From positions 1 through 64,000 of the forward strand of contig OZ253580.1 of assembly GCA_965263035.1 (NCBI GenBank): 64,000 nt of DNA. Reading direction: 5' to 3'. This stretch comes from Acidobacteriota bacterium. Lineage in GTDB: Bacteria > Acidobacteriota > UBA6911 > RPQK01 > JAJDTT01. Positions 12,403 to 22,693 of the stretch are shown here, one piece after another (positions within the stretch are counted from its first letter, which is position 1; every line of letters starts with the position of its first letter). A program made the position numbers and the translations under genes. The notes below the pieces were generated by a model. That model did not search any database. It saw only the letters and a program-made list of their open reading frames with translations, and was not told the DNA's origin.

Positions 12403-14190
12403 TTATTTGCCATCCTCAGGTTCTCCGGCCGTCTTCTTGAGGATGCTCAGAACCAGTCCCTCTGGTCCGTGCCTCCAGGCGTATGTACAGTCCGAGTCTT
12501 CCCGCCCGGCGGTCTCATAGACTGTGTAGGCATGAGGATAGATCTGAGACGCTGGAATGGTTGGTCCAGGCCTCCAAGTCCAACCGTACCAAAGTCCTGA
12601 GGGGCTTTCCTTTTCGCGCCACCGGCCGCTGATCGTTTCCGAGGCGAAGTCCCCCCAGGCAATGTAGGGCATGAAACAAAACCAGCCTCGTTCCCAGGAC
12701 AGCAGAGGAATCTCATCGAACACCAGGTCACATCCGGCCGGTGGAGGTCCTGCTTCGCGCAGGGCCGACACCCACTGACGGCACAGTTCGGCCTTCCCGG
12801 GAATGGGAGCGTCCATGTTCGAATTAGAAAAGGCCCGATCGCGCTGAAACACGCTCCAGCAGAGAAAGAGACCCAGCAGTACCAGAAAGGACCAGCGTGT
12901 CAGATCGGTGCGTCGGAGTGGTTCCCAGAGCGAGGCCGCCGCCCAGCCCAGGGCTGCCGTGGCGACACTTAAGTAGTGAGGCGCAGCCGAAGGTACGAAC
13001 AGGGTTGGAACAAACGACAGGAATGCGAGCGCCGTCAAGCCTCCGAGTTGCCGGGCCAGAGACCTGCGCTGTTCGGGCGAAGTCAGACAACAGATCCAGA
13101 TGAGAATCAACGGCAGCAGGATGGCCACGGCGTCCAGTTTCGGTGACATCCACTGCAAATAGGTCAGGATCTTCGAAGCCATCAGATTCAAACTCAGTCC
13201 GAATTCGTAAGTGCCGACACCTTCGGGCAGACCAAACCCCAAGACCCAGAATCGAAGCCCCAGATAAGCGGACAGGAGAACCCAGAAAGGGACAAGCTCG
13301 AAGCAGGTCTGCTTCCGGAAGAACGGGCGAGCCAACCCAAAGAGCCACGAGAACACGGTGACGATTGCAGGCAGCATGACGGCATCTTCCTTGCTCAGGA
13401 AAGCTGCGGCCGCCGCTACCCAAGCTCCCAGGCGCCAGTACCGCCCCCAACGGTCCTCGTCTTTTCTGGACCAGCAATAGAGGACGGAGAGCAGACAGAA
13501 GACGAACCCGGATTGGCTGATCCCGGAAACCCAGAAGACCTCGTAGAAATGAGCCGGATGAAACCAGAACAGGGCCGCGGCGATCCAAGCCGACCCCGGA
13601 GAAATCCAGCGGAGCGCCAACCAGAACACCAGCAAGCCGTTCACCAGGTGGACCAGGAGATTCGACAGGTGGTGCCCGGTCGGGTCCAGATCGAAGAGGA
13701 GTTGATTGAAGTAGAAGTAGAAATGTTGCGTGAGGGGGCGATACGCGAGCGGATTTCCCATCACGAAGAACTCCCACGGCGAGACCCAGCCGGGGCGACT
13801 GCTGGCCAGCAGCGGGAAATCGTCCTGGGAGAAATAAATGGAAAGTGCTGGAAAGTGGAACCAGGCGTAAAAGAGAGTCAGGACGATCAGGGGAAGGTGG
13901 GGGTTCCGTAGCGCGATGAGTCTGCAACAACGCCGTGTACGGGCAGTTCTCGGAAAATGACAAACTGAGGGCGAGTTAGAAGCCACGTACCAACTGATGC
14001 ATGACGGCATGGATTTGGCGGAGAAGGAAATACCATTGGCTGGCAACGGACAGGCAGCCCGGTTCATCCACGAGTTGTTTGCCCAGGCCGTGACCTCCGA
14101 CTTCGAGGGATCGGTGCGCTGCACCGCGCCAAAGGACGGGAGGTTCTCGGGAGTGGACCTGGAGATGGACGCCGGCAACCGCGTCTTCAC
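12403..14190 (-). CDS. GT-C-fold polytopic membrane glycosyltransferase (true start probably ~13900)
   Basis: QDDF, YRPL, HLSNLLVHLVN, FHPAH, SKE motifs; many TM segments. Confidence 0.65.
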   Translation of the reverse strand: MKTRLPASISRSTPENLPSFGAVQRTDPSKSEVTAWANNSWMNRAACPLPANGISFSAKSMPSCISWYVASNSPSVCHFPRTARTRRCCRLIALRNPHLPLIVLTLFYAWFHFPALSIYFSQDDFPLLASSRPGWVSPWEFFVMGNPLAYRPLTQHFYFYFNQLLFDLDPTGHHLSNLLVHLVNGLLVFWLALRWISPGSAWIAAALFWFHPAHFYEVFWVSGISQSGFVFCLLSVLYCWSRKDEDRWGRYWRLGAWVAAAAAFLSKEDAVMLPAIVTVFSWLFGLARPFFRKQTCFELVPFWVLLSAYLGLRFWVLGFGLPEGVGTYEFGLSLNLMASKILTYLQWMSPKLDAVAILLPLILIWICCLTSPEQRRSLARQLGGLTALAFLSFVPTLFVPSAAPHYLSVATAALGWAAASLWEPLRRTDLTRWSFLVLLGLFLCWSVFQRDRAFSNSNMDAPIPGKAELCRQWVSALREAGPPPAGCDLVFDEIPLLSWERGWFCFMPYIAWGDFASETISGRWREKESPSGLWYGWTWRPGPTIPASQIYPHAYTVYETAGREDSDCTYAWRHGPEGLVLSILKKTAGEPEDGK

Positions 14191-14526
14191 GAAGTTGCCC
14201 GTGGCGCCGGTTCGACGATGAGCTACCGAGAACGGGTGGAGACGGCGAAACTCTGGATTACGTCGGGTAACTGAGATTAGAGGGCGTCGACTACCCTGCC
14301 ACCTGTGAATCGAAACTCAAGACGCCGTGTCCGTTCCCGGTCTCGGTGAGCCCATTCCGGCGAAAAACTCACATTGGTTGATGCGTACCTTCTGCCCTCT
14401 GTGGGGGCGGCCCACGGAGGTGGGAGACTGATGATTCGATGATGCCGTGATCGTCCCCGAATAGGGCCGACGGCACTCGGATTGAGAAGGAGGGGCCATG
14501 ATGACAATGCCAACGATGAAAGAGCA

Positions 14527-15350
14527 GGCCTCCGAGAATCCGATTCACCTCCCGATTGAACGACACCGCCTTGCCGGACTTGGCATCGAAGACCGCGACG
14601 CCCACGGGCGAGATGTCGACCAAGGCCTCCAGGTCGGCCCGGGCCCGCTGTTCGTTTCGGAAGGCGCGGGCGTTCGCAATCGCCGTCGCCGCTTGCGCCG
14701 CGAACAACACCAGGACCTCTTCATCCTCGCTCGTGAACCCCCGTCCGTCTTCCTTCCCAGCGAGAAAGAAATTGCCGACTTGGACGCCCTGATGATGCAT
14801 TGGAGTACCCTGGAAGGTGGACGGCGGCAGCACATCCAGGGAATAGCCGAGCGATCGGACGAAACCGTGCAGGTCCCGGAGTCTCAGTGGTCCCGGAAGA
14901 TCACGTAGGTGCTCGAAGAAACGCCAATTATCGGGCCAGTCCAGCATCCGCCGGTGGTCGTCGGGAGTCAGGCCGGAAGTGACGATGTCCTGGGGCTGTC
15001 TAGGAGCCTGCGCCGCAGAAATTGATCTACTGCGAAAGCGGTAGAATCGGTCCATATTTCCCCGATTTCTCGGCGAATAGAACAACTATGCACCTCAAAA
15101 TCGAGAACATCTGGCCTCGATTCCCCACTTTCTCGCTACGATCATTTCTACCGCGCAGACTCCTAGAGTCGTCGATGATCGTGATGGCTCCGTAGCGAGC
15201 GCCGGTGAGCTCGCGGGCGCTTTCCACAACCTCGCGCAGGACGGTGTTGAGGTCCAGGCTCGAGCTGATGCGCAGGCTGGCGGCGCTCAGCTTGGAGATG
15301 CGCTCCCGCAGCGCTTCGATCTCTCGCCTCAGTTCGTCGGGACTCTGCAC
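14527..15350 (-). pseudogene. Truncated paralog of the sensor kinase (GAF-PAS part), interrupted by MITE-A
   Basis: Near-identical to 10610-11268; MITE sits in the CTAG equivalent to 11081. Confidence 0.85.
15000..15166. mobile_element. MITE-A copy 2
   Basis: Same sequence as copy 1; empty site visible in the paralog at 11081. Confidence 0.92.
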
Positions 15351-15673
15351 TCGCCTTTCCTTGTCGGTTCCCGGATCGAGCCCCGGTTCAGCGTCCCGGT
15401 GCATCGACTCGATGGAGGAGCCGGGTTTGAGACACATTGGACTCTGTGGGATCCAATAATAGGGTCTTCGGACAATAACTCACAGTATTATCACTAGATA
15501 TGCCCCTATTATCATATAAAAATCACTTATTCACTGTATATTTTTAGAAGTGGCGTTCCATTCGGTGCTGTGGGTGGCGTTTTGTCCGGCTATCTTCTGC
15601 GGCGAACCCATCACCATTGCATAAAGATCACAAGTCACCCCGGAGGGAACCAGGAAGCAGGGGTCCAAGGAAA

Positions 15674-15880
15674 ATGACGAAAGCGAAGGGATTTCCTGTC
15701 ATAAGAGAGTCGGCGGATCTGCAGATCGCCAAGTCCGGGGAGCGTTGTGAAATCTCCGGCATATACGAATCGGAATGCCGCCATCGGGAGAGGAAGCTGA
15801 TCCACCAAGGGGCGGCATTCCCCTGCTGCATGGCAGGTCGGCACGTCATCTCCTGGCATCTGGTCAAATCGGTTCGTTAA
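15674..15880 (+). CDS. Small YjzC-like protein, second copy
   Basis: Paralog of 11590-11796. Confidence 0.6.
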   Translation: MTKAKGFPVIRESADLQIAKSGERCEISGIYESECRHRERKLIHQGAAFPCCMAGRHVISWHLVKSVR

Positions 15881-16113
15881 GAGGCCCGTCAATCCCTCTT
15901 GCGACAACGCTGACGGCGTCGCGTCGTTGCAACGTCGCGACGAGTTCTCGAAGGCGATCGATCCGACCGCCGCCCCCTCCCAGCCATGCAGGTAGTGTGG
16001 TGGGTTCCTGATCAGCCGACCTCCTGTTCCTTTGCCGATGAACGGTGGCTTTCCGCCCGCCGAACCTCCCGCCGTCATCGGGGAATGGGGGACAAGACTG
16101 CCCCCCCTCCAAT

Positions 16114-17170
16114 TCACCCCGTCGGGTAGTCCGTTCCCGGTTCGCTTTGCGAGCAGGAGTCATCCCATGCCTGGAGCTCTCGCTTCATCGAGGCAGCCAG
16201 TTCAGGCAGGTCCGCGACCAGGTTGTGCCGCTCCCCCGGGTCGACGGCCAGGTCGAAGAGCATGTCGTCCCCGACGCGCTCCTGGTCGAGATAGGACAGG
16301 AACTTGTAGCGATCGCCGATCAAGGCATGGTCAGGCGATCCCAGCCGGCTCTGCATCCCCCTCTCGCCGCTATCCGGGGTCTGGAAGGCGATGCGCTTCC
16401 CGCGTTTTTGCATGCCGCCGTCGACGAGGGACAGCAGGCTGATCCCGTCCACAGGGCGGTCATCCGAAGGCACATCCAAGCCCAGCGCGGCGGCCACGGT
16501 CGGAACGTAGTCGCTCGTCGAGCAGGGCACCGCGGTCGACCTGCCCGCTTCCACCCGACCCGGCCATTCCAGGATCCCCGGCACCCGGATGCACCCCTCG
16601 AAGAGGCTGCGCTTGCGACCCCGGAGACCTCCGCTCGATCCACGATCGTTCCCGGATTGAGGCGTCCTCCCCTCGGGGCCGTTGTCGCTGCAGTACCAGA
16701 GCATCGTGTTCCCCGAGATTCCCAGTTGCCTCAATTCCCCACGCAAACGGCCGACCTGCTCGTCGAGCGCGGTGATGCAGCCGTAGTAGTGCTGCTCGCC
16801 CTCGCTGAACCCGGCGTACAGCTCGCGGTTGCGAGGGCCGGCCAGCACCGGACTATGGGGAGTGTGAAACCAGATCACCGCGAAGAACGGGGTTCCGCTC
16901 CGGACGGCCTTGCGAATGAACGGGACGGCGCGATCCATGATGACCCGCGAATCATCGCCGTCGAGGATAGGAGCCTGCGCCGCAGAAATTGATCTACTGC
17001 GAAAGCGGTAGAATCGGTCCATATTCCCTCGATTTCTCGGCGAATAGAACAACTATGCACCTCCAAATCGAGAAAATCTGGACTCGATTTCCCACTTTCT
17101 CGCTACGATCATTTCTACCGCGCAGACTCCTATCGGTCGCGTACTCGCCGGGGCCGGTCCAGTACTTGGA
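16114..17170 (-). pseudogene. Sulfatase, C-terminal part (interrupted by MITE-A)
   Basis: PFFAVIWFHTPH, YCSDNG, LRGRKRSLFEGCIRVPG, LFDLAVDPGE; removing the MITE restores YWTGPGEYATDILDGDDS. Confidence 0.85.
16967..17133. mobile_element. MITE-A copy 3
   Basis: Inserted at ATAT with a TA duplication. Confidence 0.92.
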
Positions 17171-17291
17171 GGGAAATACCAGACAATATTTTTGGGGCCG
17201 GTCCAGTATTTCACTGGGACCGATCCGGTGTTTCTGTAGGGCCGATCCCGTGATTTTAGATCGACGAAGGATCATAGGTATGGAAGAAGGA

Positions 17292-18350
17292 ATGAGCCAG
17301 CCAAATCAATTCAACCAGACGTCGTTCACCTTGGCGCAGAAGGTGGTGGCTGATGCCAAACGGTGGAGACAGCGGTTAGACCTGGAAGAGATCAAGCTGC
17401 ATGATGCAGATGCCGAGTTCATCCTGGTCCGTGAGGCCCTTCGAAGCCTTGCCAAGCCTACCCGCGTGAATTACAGGTCCGCGTTACGAAGGATCGATGC
17501 GTGGCTCGGGGAGAGACCGCTCACGGACTCCACTCTGGCCGCCTACGTCATGGAATTGCACCGGCTGGGCAAAGCACCGGCGACCATCGGTCAGGCCGTG
17601 ATAGCCGTGAAGTTCAGGGAAAAGGTCTTCGACCACCCGTCTCCCGCCGGAAAGCATACCGAGCAGGCGCTCCGGGCCGTCAGGCGGGAGGGCTCCGACC
17701 GCCGCAAGGGCAGTGCGCCGGGTCTGACACTCGATCAGGTGGAGTCGATCATCCAGGCGGCTGAGCAGGACGGGACCGTTTGGGGTCTGAGAGACAGCGC
17801 GATTATCGCCACGGCCTTCTACACTGGTCTGCGAGTCGGTGAAGCTGCTGCCATCCGGGTTTCGGATCTGACATTTTTCAATGACGGAACGGGAATATTG
17901 AGAGTACGGCAGAGTAAGACAGATCAGTTCGGCGTCGGGACCCAGCTCGGTCTTGCCACAGATGCAGTGCGGCGGATCGTGGCGTGGTTGGAGAGAGCCC
18001 AAATCCGTAGCGGCGTCGCCTTTCGGGCTGTCCAGTGCAACGGGTTCGACGGAAGCTACGTCGTGACATCCAGAGCAATGTCGAGTGGCCACGTCGCCGA
18101 GATCGTCAAAGCGCGGGCCAAGGATGTAGGAATCCGCTGCACGTCACACAGCCTAAGAAGGGCATTCGCTCAGCATTTGACCCGTGAGGGGGTGTCAATC
18201 CAAGCGGTGGCGGCTGCGGGCCGATGGTCCGACCCGGCCCAGGTTGTCCGATATGTCCAGAATGAACAGCAGTCTCAATCGTTGGTCGTTTCGATCTTCG
18301 ACCGGAAGCAACGGGAGAAGAAGCGTCGCCGCCGTGCTGGACGTGTTTGA
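17292..18350 (+). CDS. Tyrosine recombinase/integrase (Cre-like)
   Basis: RDSAII...GLRVGE, SKTDQ, HSLRR, GRW...VRY catalytic motifs. Confidence 0.9.
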   Translation: MSQPNQFNQTSFTLAQKVVADAKRWRQRLDLEEIKLHDADAEFILVREALRSLAKPTRVNYRSALRRIDAWLGERPLTDSTLAAYVMELHRLGKAPATIGQAVIAVKFREKVFDHPSPAGKHTEQALRAVRREGSDRRKGSAPGLTLDQVESIIQAAEQDGTVWGLRDSAIIATAFYTGLRVGEAAAIRVSDLTFFNDGTGILRVRQSKTDQFGVGTQLGLATDAVRRIVAWLERAQIRSGVAFRAVQCNGFDGSYVVTSRAMSSGHVAEIVKARAKDVGIRCTSHSLRRAFAQHLTREGVSIQAVAAAGRWSDPAQVVRYVQNEQQSQSLVVSIFDRKQREKKRRRRAGRV

Positions 18351-18365
18351 AAAGAGGAAGAACTC

Positions 18366-18638
18366 ATGAATACCAAATTCGAGCAATGGTCCGAGGAAGA
18401 TCAGTCCGCTTTTATCGCTCGCATGGAATGCGCCGTCCTGTTGGGTCGGTGTGTTCAGGCTTTTGGCAAAGAGACGAAAGCAAGGCGGCGAGAGTTGGAC
18501 CGCTTCGCCGAAACTTTGTTACAGGTGGTTGAATGGACGATGGATCGTTCCCCCGAAAACAAGGCAGTCTTGACCCGCTCACTCGATGTCATAGTTCAAG
18601 TCACGGCGACTGAGGCGCAGCGCAGGGGCAACGAGTAG
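18366..18638 (+). CDS. Hypothetical protein
   Basis: SD GAGG; 90 aa directly after the integrase. Confidence 0.55.
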   Translation: MNTKFEQWSEEDQSAFIARMECAVLLGRCVQAFGKETKARRRELDRFAETLLQVVEWTMDRSPENKAVLTRSLDVIVQVTATEAQRRGNE

Positions 18639-18648
18639 GCTACAAACG

Positions 18649-19637
18649 TCAGCTCAGACCCGCCAAGCGCTCGGCGTCCGCTTGGCTCCACCCTTCCTTT
18701 TTGAGACGGGCGGCGGCACCGATTCTTGGTCCGATCGGAACGATTCGCGCCAGTGCCGGTTCCAGATTCAACCGAACCGGACGCTCCAAAACCCTTGTCA
18801 GTTCATCCCGGAGAGTGTTTACCCAACCGTTCCCGGTTGTCGCAATCCAAGCCCGGAGCACGTCCACTCTGGAAACTTGGCCAGTGGATCCGACACCAAG
18901 AAGGGCGCGACTGATTCCCAAAGACTCGGCAAGTTCCCCGGAGACGGTTTCTTGAGCCTGTCGGAGCTGCGCCAAATCGTTCGGTTCCAAACGGACAGGG
19001 TGCGGACTCGGGCCGGGATTCTCACCTTGCCGCTAGGAGCCTGCGCCGCAGAAATTGATCTACTGCGAAAGCAGTAGAATCGGTCCATATTTCCTCGATT
19101 TCTCGGCGAATAGAACAACTATGCACCTCCAAATCGAGAAAATCTGGCCTCGATTCCCCACTTTCTCGCTACGATCATTTCTACCGCGCAGACTCCTAGC
19201 AAGGGATGCGAACTCAGTCCACCTTTCAACCGCATCAAGGCGGACATGAGTTTGGTAAGGCGTTGCGGAGACTCAGCGGAGACAGTCGGTAGCAATGTGC
19301 CACGAGGCGCGCCCGCGTCTTGGTGGATTGCGTCGTCTATGGAGGCGAGTTGTTGGACCGCATACCCGCCGGACACCCGCCAACTTTCTCCCCTCCAAGG
19401 TTGGAGACTGGAAGGGCGCGTGATGGCATGGATAACTTGGTCCGGTTGTAGGTTCCGGTACTCGAACGAACGGGAAGGGCCGGAGACCGTCACAAGCCGA
19501 TAGACTCTGTTATCAGCGGACCCTTGCAGGTCGTATCCCGTGACCGGGCGCAGGTTCAAACCGTCGTCCAGCAATAGAACGCACTCGCCATTCTCCACAA
19601 GTTGCCGAGATATCCACGGGAGCAAACCCGCCAGCAC
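18649..19637 (-). pseudogene. Phage portal-like protein remnant
   Basis: RQLVENGECVLLL, QVIH, PWRGES, ELAESLGISRALLG resemble HK97-type portals; MITE insertion and frameshift. Confidence 0.55.
19033..19199. mobile_element. MITE-A copy 4
   Basis: Same sequence; CTAG flanks. Confidence 0.92.
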
Positions 19638-19639
19638 GG

Positions 19640-19821
19640 GGTCCGCCGTGCCGGATCAATAGGTCCATGCCCTCCACAGGCCACGTGACGGCACCGGGAA
19701 CGAATAGCTCCCGGCGTCCGCCAGTTGCGGCCCTTCCTTCCTGGAGGATCACCCCGGACAGGGTTTGCCCATTGTCGCTTTCCCGGATTTCCACCGGGAC
19801 TGTGAGTAGTTTTTCACTCAT
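19640..19821 (-). pseudogene. HK97-type prohead protease, N-terminal fragment
   Basis: VEIRE...LSGVIL...RELFVPGA...LLIRH; fused to the portal remnant. Confidence 0.55.
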
Positions 19822-19827
19822 GGCGAC

Positions 19828-21022
19828 TCAGGCCAGTTTGACTTTGAGGCGTCCAAAACCCGCAGAGCGAAGCACGGAAAGCCCGTACAGAGCAACGGCG
19901 GTCAGCTGAACTTGTCCGTTTGCGGCTTTGGTGACGCGGTCCGGGATCAGCGTGATTCCCCGCCACAGGGGCATAACGGCATGGAGAGCACTCGGACGCC
20001 GTACCGCAATCAAGCCCTGGATGTTGGCGCTCGGTGCCACAACGTGCGAACTAATGCGCACGCCGCCGGACTTCCTCACCAAAAGCTCATAACTGCTCTC
20101 GTTGACGCCGCCATTTGCCGCCAGAACGCGATAGAGCGTCTCCATGTGGGTGTAGGTTTTCGAGCCGATCAACATACGAACTTGGTCCGGCATGGAGGCA
20201 TAATGCCCGTCGACCTGGTTCGTCAGAAGCCCCTTGTATCCAGGCCAGTCAACCACGGAAGAGGGGTCGTTGGGCGCAGTCAGTCCGCCACCAAGCAAAC
20301 CGGCGGTGCTGTCGTTCAACAAGATATTGTCGAACTTGCTACTCAAAGCCTGTGTCAGGTTGCTTCTCAGAGCATCTTCCATCCCCGCCAGCCTCGCCTC
20401 GTCCTCGATGCTCCAGAAAAATGACGCCTGCGCCCGCTTGGGAGACAGTACCGAAGCACTGAAAGCACCCGTCGTTTCGGCGGCGGCGGAACTCTTTGCC
20501 GGAGTGTGGACGGTTGCACCCGTGGTCTAAACCGTGTAGGTTGCTTCCCCAACTCCGACAGTCGGCATTCCGACGCCCAAGAACGAAGCGACGCCGTCCG
20601 GGAAAATCGCCGGGATAATAGGCTGCTGACTTGATCCCACGTCCGAAGGTGCCGGCAGTGACGGCGCGTGTCTCCAACTGTTCCAGTGCGATTTGATTCG
20701 CGGCGAGTCCAAAATGCTGCTGCAATTCGGCTTCCGCTCCATCCGTGGAACGTTGAGAGAGTGCCGCCGTCAAGACGCGCCCGACTGTAGAGCGTGACAG
20801 AAGTTCGTCAAACTCCCGCGTCTCTCCATCCCGCACAGTCACTCTCGGTTCCACGGTGGGCTCCAAGGCGGTGCGGTATTCCTTCTCCAATTCCTTATGT
20901 TTGTTCCTGAGCTCCGTGAGCTTCTGGTCTTCTTCAGGGGTCCGGTCAGCCTTGGCCGCTAGGTCGTTGGCGGCCTCCCGGCTGGTTGACAATTTCAATT
21001 GTGCTTTTTGTAGCGGGGTCAT
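19828..21022 (-). pseudogene. HK97-fold major capsid protein, frameshifted
   Basis: N-terminal coiled scaffold-like region; C-terminal ITLIPDRVTKAANGQVQLTAVALYGLSVLR; split over 3 frames. Confidence 0.7.
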
Positions 21023-21330
21023 TCGTAAGATTCCTCCAAATATTGCGCCCATGCCCTACGCGCGGGCGGTAACGTTTTCATCCACTCATTGCGATGGATC
21101 AACCGGTGACAATTCACACATAAAAGGCGCACATTCCCCGGTACATGGAATCCGCCTTGAGATAGGGGCACCACGTGGTGCAGTTCGCATCGCCTTGATC
21201 CCAACCGGCTGACTCGGCCAGCAGTGATCCTATGCCCGCATTTCTCGCGGCGGAAGCGAGCCCGAGTGGTCAGGATCTTCCTTCTAAGTCGCCCCTGATC
21301 GTCACCGAGCTTGGTGTGGTGCTTCGACAT
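21019..21330 (-). CDS. HNH endonuclease (phage packaging type)
   Basis: ELHHVVPLSQGG...NVRLLCVNCHRLIH; ATGA overlap with the capsid start. Confidence 0.85.
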   Translation of the reverse strand: MSKHHTKLGDDQGRLRRKILTTRARFRREKCGHRITAGRVSRLGSRRCELHHVVPLSQGGFHVPGNVRLLCVNCHRLIHRNEWMKTLPPARRAWAQYLEESYE

Positions 21331-21435
21331 GTCAAGATCTAATACAGTAATTCTGCCTAGTAAGTATACACTATACTGACTAATCGGTGGACATAGAATG
21401 TCCATGTTATCGACATTACCTGATAGAATGGAGCG

Positions 21436-21729
21436 ATGGTAGCCGAGGAAAGATGGCTATGGTCCGCCGTGCTCCAGTCCGCGGTGCTGGACTATTTGGG
21501 GCGCAGACGGGTGCTGAAGGATCAGATCCAACATCGCGAAATTGATGAGCGGGCACAGATCGAGTTGGCCCGCGAATGGCTCTGGGATGATGAGTCGCGG
21601 GATGTCGGCTCCCTCCGCTGGATCGGCGACGTTCTTGGATTCGATCCTGATCACCTCCGGCAAGCCCTGATTCGGTGGGAGAAGAGCGGAGCGAAGGGTG
21701 AGATCCCATGGAATCGAATCCGCCGGTAA
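21436..21729 (+). CDS. Small phage-type hypothetical protein
   Basis: LWSAVLQSAVLD...AREWL...GSLRWIGDVLGFDP; TAGAAT and GGAG upstream; weaker relative at 21753-21959. Confidence 0.65.
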   Translation: MVAEERWLWSAVLQSAVLDYLGRRRVLKDQIQHREIDERAQIELAREWLWDDESRDVGSLRWIGDVLGFDPDHLRQALIRWEKSGAKGEIPWNRIRR

Positions 21730-22089
21730 TTTGTACAACAAACTAAAATAGAATGATAATAAACGGCAGGGACTCCGTTGAAACGCCGCCCTTCCCAGCC
21801 TCCATATCGGATGCCGTAGATGTAGGGACATATCGCTGGGTATGTGACCTTTTGGGATACGACTATGCATATTCCAGGCAGTGCATATATGAGAACATAT
21901 CGATAAACGAGATACTTAATGCTTATTACATTCACAAGAGGGGCTCCCCCAAGGCATAGGGGCATATGTCCGAAACCGTATTGGCACCCCAACTCCAAAT
22001 AAAAGTGTTACAATGAACTGGAAACACAACAGGTTGATAAATTTAAGAAGGTTTCAGAGTCAGTTCTTAAAAAAGCCTTTTCCCCTGGT

Positions 22090-22693
22090 ATGTTAACGTC
22101 ATGTCTATCAACGCAACGCGGTCAAGGAAAGTCTACGTTAGCGGCATGGCCCGCCCTACAAACCCTCACTCCGGGGAGTCCATTGTTCGAGGCGGGGTCA
22201 GAAAATCACGTAGTCGGATCAAGTCTTGGTCAATCGAGGCGGACAACGTTCGGAATTTTGCGGAGAATGGTAGAGTCTTTGCCCAACTTTGGATCCGATT
22301 ACAGGGTCAGTGATAATTCCCTTATGTGCCGGATTCGGCACCCGAAAACCCGGACGGAAGTGACAGTGCTCCCGGCAAGTGGAAAATCCGCCATGGGACT
22401 CGTGAACGCCCGTCTTGTGATTGCGGATGAACCGGGAAGTTGGAAACCCGCTGATGGTCTGCTGATGCATGATGCCTTACAAGGTGCTCACGGCAAGCCG
22501 GGAAGCGCTTTGCGCGTCTTGTATGTCGGCACTGTGGCACCCGCCGTTTCTCCCCATTGGTGGGCCGATCTTGTTGAAGGGGGGCATCGAGATCAGTCCA
22601 CGTCACCCTCTACCAAGGAAACCCGGACAAGTGGGATCGGTGGCACACTATCCGGGCGGCAAACCCGTTCATGAGCCACTTCCCGGAGTCTAG
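22090..22693 (+). pseudogene. Terminase large subunit, 5' part
   Basis: Walker A RGQGKST, Walker B LVIADE; frameshift near 22580, then ...TIRAANPFMSHFPES. Confidence 0.8.
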
